Shown here: piece by piece, positions 58,501 through 64,000 of the stretch
Layout of the letters: each line of letters opens with the position of its first letter
How positions within the stretch are numbered: the stretch's first letter is position 1
Assembly (NCBI GenBank): GCA_024704765.1
Contig: JAKMXF010000354.1
Coordinates: 791,690-855,689 of the forward strand
Reading direction: 5' to 3'
Length of the DNA stretch: 64,000 nt
Origin: Oopsacas minuta
Taxonomy: Eukaryota > Animalia > Porifera
The notes under the pieces: generated by a model
Database searches by the model: none
What the model was told of the DNA's origin: nothing
Seen by the model: only the letters and a program-made list of their open reading frames with translations
Made by a program: the position numbers and the translations under genes

Positions 58501-58975
58501 GAAGAATTAAAAGAGATTGTAATAGAGTGGGCACTCTCACAGGAAATGTGGGAGACAGCCATGGAACAGCTGGAGAATAAGAACCTTATTTGTCCTATTT
58601 GCAGACAGAATTATCTTTATGAAGGGGGGACTATGATAACATGTAGTTGTGGACTACAGCTAGACAACGAAGTCTTAAATTTGAAGCAATTAGAGAAGAA
58701 ATTAGAAGAGGCAACCAGTAGACACTGTAATAGTATTTGTGAAGGGAAACTAGAATTTAGAGTGGTAGAAATGGAAGATATCAGTCTGTCTGTACTTAAC
58801 ATGCAATGCAATCTCTGTGGAGTAAACGAACTTATTGTGTAATTTTATCACTTATTTTGAACTTAATCACTTATATTTTGCGAATTATGTGAGTAGAACG
58901 ATGATTAAAGTAAGTTCTTACCTTTTTCTGAGTATTGTAAAAGTGGAGTTGACCTTCCTTAATGATCTTGTTCAT
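52594..58975 (-). CDS. N-terminal PH-domain adaptor with a long Pro/Ser-rich, Tyr-motif tail (DOK/GAB-like); 3 exons
   Basis: E1 58975-58922 (MNKIIKEGQLHFYNTQKK), intron 58921-55176 (GTAAGA...TCTAG, phase 0). E2 55175-54949 (KWYQYWVQL...FQIKTEGITYTLATEDG), intron 54948-54791 (phase 2). E3 54790-52594 (GSLHEWITAIHANI...). The joined exons give a complete PH domain. Confidence 0.8.
55312..56622 (+). CDS. EEF1G: Elongation factor 1-gamma (nested in intron 1 of the PH adaptor)
   Basis: GST-like N-terminus (FLSKFPLGKVPAFE, RTFLVGERVSLADI, NTNRWFITCINQPHF) and C-terminal EF1G domain (MDEFKGVYSN, FMACNLVSGFYQRIDKLRK). Confidence 0.97.
   Translation: MQGTLYAARDDVRTFKVQIAANYSGKAITVLSDPPQFILGETNVGVEFLSKFPLGKVPAFETTNGDTLVHSDAIASYLSNAELRGATEFDQAKVQQFVSIAESEVMPACCNWVYPTLGIIQPNKLNVDKAKQTITDVLCFLNQHLSTRTFLVGERVSLADISMTCSFLLLYKQVLEPSLRDSFENTNRWFITCINQPHFKAVIGEVALCEKMAQFDSKRYNELNKKEGGGKKAKVPAATKAESKKEAPAKEAKEEIPALDDDEDDDILIRRAEPKSVDPYKDLPPASLNMDEFKGVYSNKDIETVALPFFFENIKLEEHSIWHCVYEYVDELNQPFMACNLVSGFYQRIDKLRKTAFGVMAVFTQGVKAIGIEGIWVFRGQEKAFDLCEDWNIDAPSYTFRKLNLEQQDDKQKVCDFFLRKDNIGGVVVHDAKVFK
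57220..58074 (+). CDS. KANSL2: KAT8 regulatory NSL complex subunit 2-like (nested)
   Basis: YLQNAGAWQEQELLEIYREGLLRLKELYKAQRRHLWLEMKEKRRKYL matches KANSL2 (LKHAGVYTAEEV...EKLIRLQSLY...LKEKKRRYL). C-terminal Cys/His finger pair C..C...LPRSNYCISHI...LFVKC...C...LCILH. Confidence 0.8.
   Translation: MEENTGNVPTFDACWKGEYEQNMFIETDLRADESLGDPIHISGRAPEEGCLPKWARKNRMRYLQNAGAWQEQELLEIYREGLLRLKELYKAQRRHLWLEMKEKRRKYLFQVLEASNQKTLTPSLMESLSAPSTQQESVIEKYSTFHGEEGLVARKSFITMAELSIEKLSEEKQSRLVIGKPKPAPGANLDYQEYSKFLGRIQSALASQPSNADRCRVKNCIRQHLPRSNYCISHIMRDTEQCLFVKCSHEGAESCENIVSRTEAQTLCILHRTIPECNNSPPIQ
58228..58842 (+). CDS. RPAIN: RPA-interacting protein (nested)
   Basis: WKCKYRQKCLDRLKTGRRKVQDQFR N-terminal motif, acidic middle, C-terminal LICPICRQNYL...CSCGL...HC...C...C..C zinc region. 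Confidence 0.85.
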   Translation: MQSNSQERLESYKNGGKHYDWKCKYRQKCLDRLKTGRRKVQDQFRHLSVTSTSEAYVLAKEISSNLVEEVLTDTNTYIETDKHESLVDELSEELKEIVIEWALSQEMWETAMEQLENKNLICPICRQNYLYEGGTMITCSCGLQLDNEVLNLKQLEKKLEEATSRHCNSICEGKLEFRVVEMEDISLSVLNMQCNLCGVNELIV

Positions 58976-59329
58976 CTTGAAAGAGGTTTCAATTTCTTAA
59001 TATATTATCTGCTTTGTAGAGAACTGACGAATCACGATTGCAATACTGCTAGCTAGAAATTATATGAGAAACACTATAAATGAAATGATACTAGTCAGTA
59101 TTTTCTTAAGTATATCAGTTTAGCTGACCATTGACTCAACCCTGCTCCTATTTGCTGACTTATGTTGGAGCTACCTACTATCTCCACTTTACCAAGGATC
59201 AAATTCAAAGATAATTGTTGCTGTTTCTATTCATAATATAATTTACATTATTTATACAAAGCATTGCACGCATGGTGTTTAAGCCAAACTTTCCATATGG
59301 AGATACGTTTGGCCTAATTAGCTGGGATT

Positions 59330-59830
59330 AAGTTTCATTTAATTATCCTCGGTAAGGACAGATGCAGAGATATAACCAAGGAAAATATTTCTAACAAACC
59401 GGCAGCTGAAATATGTACCATTATTTTGACTCTTACTCCAGATGGACAGCTGCAAATATTTAATGTATTTCTTGGATAAGTAATTCACATATGAACTCTA
59501 TACTCGATTACTAAAACATAATGACCAAGGCTAGCTTCCCCATGGCTTGTCATAAGACTAGAGAGAGTATTTTGTCTGCGACAATTTAGTTGTCTTTGGT
59601 AGGAGTCCACAACAGATTCATGGCTGAATTAATTGTTTATAAGAGTTGGGCACGATTCACACAAGTCTCTGTACTTACTTGCTTTAGCTGTTTGGATTTC
59701 CTTAGAACTGAAATATATGGAGGTAGAATTGTTCGATTGTTTTACTTTGTCATCTATCTTCCCTGTCTCATTTTATAGAAGAATAAGTCCTATATTGTGT
59801 CCATGGAATATGAAAACCAATTCTTAATTA
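59330..59830 (+). mobile_element. Possible highly decayed pogo-type DDE transposase fragment
   Basis: Interrupted frames give QTGS / EICTIILTLTPDGQLQIFNVFLG*, loosely resembling the pogo DDE_1 segment (TG.EK.R.TV.L...A.G.KL....IFKG), and later LLALAVWIS...IFP. Multiple stops and frameshifts. Confidence 0.25.
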
Positions 59831-60546
59831 TCTTCTTCCTAATTAATTATTGGCTATATTGATACACCGCTACTTTATTCCTAACAATAATTACAGGGAA
59901 ACTAACCCATTCTCAATTAATTTTCATTTGATTGAAATTGCTTTTCCAATCCAAATTTTTCAAATTTGATTACATTATCAAAGTTGTCGCGTTGGATGGT
60001 TTACTCATCATTCTATATTTTTTCATTCTGCGGTTATTCAATCTGCTACACTACTTAATTAACCCAATCATAGCATCTGTGACCGAGAGATACGCCTGTG
60101 GTTAATTATTTTCTAGAATATTAATCAGTTACTATCTTATTTATTTTAATTTTCTATAGAAAATGGTTGCAATTGTGTTGTGACGAAGATTCATTGCTAA
60201 TTTATCAACATTTTATTATCTAAGTTAGTGGCCAAATATATTTCCTGTATCTCGTAAGTCATAACGTTGTTGTGTGTAATATTTACAAAGCAGTTTACTT
60301 TACCTTTCTTGATAGGCAATCAAATACATTTCTTGACTACAACTTTCGTAATATGACGTCCTTAATTTCATAATTATATTTCTATGTGAGCTAATGTCTA
60401 CCTATATGATTACTTCACATGTTTATTGGACTATATCCCCTGTTAGAAACCGCTGTATAGATTGATATAAAAGTGAATTCCTAAGTCTCTCTCTACGATC
60501 TAAATATTTATTTTTTCAGTTATTTTAACCAAACTAGTCTGTACTA

Positions 60547-63500
60547 ATGTCAGCTACACACAGTCCAATCATACCAAACAACCGAAATTCTCCGCCATTA
60601 CCCTACCCCCCTAAAACAAATGGATCTTGTTCCTCTCCACTTCTACCCACTCACTTGAATACCAACAAGAAGACACCCCCTATTCCCACCAAACCCAAGC
60701 CCCCTCTCTCCCTGAGACGATCTCACGTCAGCCAACGTTTGTCAGGAGAGAAACGATTCCCCGCCACAGATTCTAGTCCCGAAAGCTCCCCTCAACCTGT
60801 CCTTAAGCCTATCCCCATAACAAAGAAATACTCCCTCGATTCAATCACTATTCCAAAAACAGATCTCCCTTCTATGATGCACACCCCTCTCTCCCCCACT
60901 CGTTCAGCATACAATCTGAATACAGCCCCGAATACTACAGTCTTACCGCCAGCTCTCAAGCCTAAGCCTACTTCACTAACTCCTAGCTCTTCTCCTATTT
61001 CTTTCAGGAAAATCAATTCAGAAGCTGCTCTGGCGACTCATAAGGCTAGACTAGACTCTCCTGTAATAGCTCCCAAACCTCTATTCCCTAACTCACACAA
61101 ATACTCTACAAGCAACTCACCGGGACCTTATACCACATCAAATGACACTAATTCAGAAGATTCTGGAATATTCATCAGTCCTGACAAGACACTGCCGGAA
61201 CTCCCACCAAAGCTTCCTGTCAGGCCAATCAAGAATACTATACAAAAGCCTACACCAGGTTGGTGATCAATTTATCCTTTATTATTAATATTATTTATTT
61301 ATTTATTGTATTTTAGTGACTAGCATTATTTTGGTACCAAAAATTGAGAGGAGGGAACAACGCTGGACTACCAACACCTCAGATATCCCCATGCCTCCTC
61401 CTCTCCCAGATAAACACACCCCTGTAGAGGATAAAACCAGGAGTTCTTCAGAAGCAGACACGCTAGACACCGAGAGAACTAAATTATTCAGAACTATGCC
61501 TTCTCGTGGAACTAAAAAGAAGCGACCTAATCTCAAGCACCACACAGATGTGTACACTAAGGTTTGTATTTGTTTATTAAATGACAATATTTCTAAATAA
61601 TATATGGAATATGTTAGCGCATTGTGTTTGAGATAGTACTCTATCCCATCCTGTCGGTCTTCTAATAGATAATACATGCATGAACTGTGTGGTGAATTAA
61701 TTATATTTCGTGAATAGAGAGTAACTAATCGCTAGAATTATGTTGAATTGTATTCGGTCGAATTATTCCCAGGAATCTTATTAATCCTGGTTTATATAAA
61801 CTTGTGTCATTCTCGAAAAGAAGTCTTACACTTCATATCGTACTTCTAATTAAATTGACAGATAATACATACAACTGTCACTCGTGTGTAACCCAATCAG
61901 AGCTTGTAGGAAAGAATCGTTATTCTATAAATGGAGATACAATACTTATCCCGTGTTTCACTCATTAATTATATTAATGTTGATGTGCTAATACAGTAAT
62001 TTTATAGGATTTCTATTACTGGGATAGCAATTGTGAATTACAATTTGTTAACGATAATACAGTGTATGCCGGTTATAAGAACCCTTTTTTGGGAGTAGCA
62101 ATACAGTCCGGATTACTTGCATAAATATGCAGGAATTTATGAGAACCGTCTTACAATCTTTTAGCCAGGGACACCTCCTCCAGTAAGTAAATCTACAGAT
62201 GAGAGCCTGCATTGCAATCAATTACAAATACATCCTCGTGCTGATTTGAACCTCTCTCATAGCTTTGACTCTCTGGATAGTGAAGAGCATCATTCTGTAG
62301 ACACACTTGGCCGCAAATCTGATTCTACCAGTAATATCCCTAAGAAAATATCTAGTGGCTCTAATGAGTGAGTTCATTTATTTCAGTCATTACACCATCG
62401 CATTCTTATTTCTTAGTTCATATATTGTCGGTGGAATATATTTCTGTGTAGAGGTATTTGGGTGTAACGACCTATTGAATTCTAACCAATAATTACTGAC
62501 TAATTTCCTAAATATGATTATCTCATAAATAACCTCGGTGTACGTGGTGGTGACGGGTTATCCCTCCAAAAGTACTGAGAAATTTTGCTGTTTAATACTT
62601 ATGCTAAAACAAGGCACATAAAGCTTAAGGATGCGTCCGCCCGTTGCGCAGTGACCTAGCAAGAAGCGCGCTAGTACTAAATATATCTGAATAACTGTAG
62701 TATAATTGGAAATGGAAAAATTGATCTCTTAATTGTAAGCTGATTTTATTATTAATTCTGTTTGAATTCTTTAATATTCAAACAGTTTAATAATTCCCCC
62801 TCATTCACTCAAACATCATAATCCTTTGTATGGCAGTGATATGCATTGGAGTCATGAATCTGCTTAACTCATAGAGTACAGATAATACCCCCAACTTATT
62901 GACAATAGTTATGCAATTAAGTTATAGAATGAGGTAATTGTTGATCAGTTGAAGGACTTTTTCCTGCTTGAAAATGCTATTTTCATAATGATCTTTATGT
63001 TATGCAAACATCATGCTGTTTATCACCTTTTATGACTCTTCAATGGGAAATCTTATAAATAGTACACAGACTTGAATAAATATTTAATATTTTTTATCGT
63101 CACTAATCTTATATACAATGTTATCATGTGTTTCATTCAGAATGTCCAGGAGGAGGTAACAATACATTCAAATTTATTCTATAATTATTTTATTTTTACT
63201 TAACCTTTTTACTTAACCTTTTTCCAAAGGGTGAAGTCAGGAAAAATGAAAAGAGCCTTGCTCAAAGCCTTGGGGGTTGGGAAGAAAGAGAGAAATTCAG
63301 AATTAGACATATCCACTAGTCTTTCAAGCAGTATCAGCAGTCCAGCTTTATCAAATGAGATTCCTAATCTTAGCTCAACACAGTCTGTACCAGCTAGAGT
63401 ATCCCGCGCTCTTAACATGAAAAGCTCAGTGGATGATTCGTGTGTATTTGAGAATGTTAGCGACACAGAGGCTGATCCGGACCCAGGATTGCTTCCTAAG

Positions 63501-64000
63501 AGCAGCTATGATCCCTCTCTTCAGGTCTCCACTGAGCTCACATCTTCTCCTGTCAGACATAGGTCTCCCAAATCTCCGAAAAAGAGATCCTTCAACAGCA
63601 ATTTCCCCGTTCCACCCCATTTCCAAAACACAGACTTTCAGTATGTATTTGAGAATGAAGATTCAGACACAGACTCTCTCTCTGACGTAGAAGCTTTCGA
63701 TGATTTTGATGAAATCTTAAACGATTCTGATAACGAAATGACAGAGGAGGATGTGGATAAGGCAAAGATGCGGACAATAGCCCGAGCAGCCTCTGGGATA
63801 ACATACAGTAAGTGCTATTACGTTGCTAAGGAGATCCTCTCCACTGAGGAGACTTATGTCAGGAAGCTAAGGTTGTTGCATATCGATTTCTCTGAGGCTC
63901 TTGAAGAGGCCAGCAAGAGAAATGGGAAGGTAAGTCATATCCCATTAATAGAATGACATAGCTTATACACACTGCATCATCTCTCTATATTATTCTAGCC
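60547..64000 (+). CDS. FGD6: FGD5/FGD6-like RhoGEF (long Pro-rich N-terminus, start of DH domain); 3' part outside the window
   Basis: In-phase exons 60547-61258, 61317-61561, 62165-62367 and 63230-63929. The last encodes SKCYYVAKEILSTEETYVRKLRLLHIDFSEALEEASKRNGK, matching the FGD6 DH start (SKVHHIAKEIMSSEKVFVDVLKLLHIDF). Confidence 0.8.
62060..62152. mobile_element. Truncated MITE, family A, in FGD intron 2
   Basis: TA-CAGTGTATGCCGGTTATAAGAACCC..TTGGGAGTAGCAATACA..CAGGAATTTATGAGAACCGT aligns with 12811-12903; the right TIR is missing. Confidence 0.65.
62630..62675 (+). mobile_element. Possible Helitron 3' terminus relic
   Basis: A GC/CpG-rich patch in AT-rich intron ending GAAGCGCG-CTAG-T (CTAG at 62671-62674). 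The hairpin is imperfect. Confidence 0.2.

Overview
AT-rich, very gene-dense animal genomic DNA with about 27 protein-coding genes in 64 kb. Gaps between genes are often 100-400 bp, most CDSs are intronless, and GT-AG introns are short (about 45-160 bp). The architecture and gene content resemble a glass-sponge-type compact genome such as Oopsacas; this is inference only. All family calls come from remembered motifs, not database searches. Gene order: KDM7/PHF8-like (-, runs off the left edge, with an NHL-repeat gene nested in intron 2), GMPPA (-), SCAP (+), AMT (-), DNAAF2 (+). Ten consecutive minus-strand genes follow: MAPRE, CDC16, FAU, CCDC34, a tandem-NADAR protein, TPD52-like, SUGP1, TMEM245, ATP5PB and UBAP2L-like. 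Next come a single-exon LRRK1-like ROCO kinase (+), LCMT2 (-), a Porcupine-like MBOAT lacking the catalytic His (-), an ANTXR-like receptor (+) and a tandem-DED protein (-). A PH-domain adaptor (-) has a 3.7-kb first intron containing three whole antisense genes (EEF1G, KANSL2, RPAIN). An FGD5/6-like RhoGEF (+) runs off the right edge. Non-coding features include a 2.2-kb 10-bp satellite bracketed by a 20-bp repeat, a perfect 51-bp palindrome, and several TA-flanked CAGT-ended MITEs. The most notable findings are the triple nested gene cluster, the His-less Porcupine paralog, the double NADAR protein with complementary degeneration, and recurrent micro-introns just before the ATG of genes with intronless CDSs. 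No rRNA, tRNA or CRISPR array was recognised.
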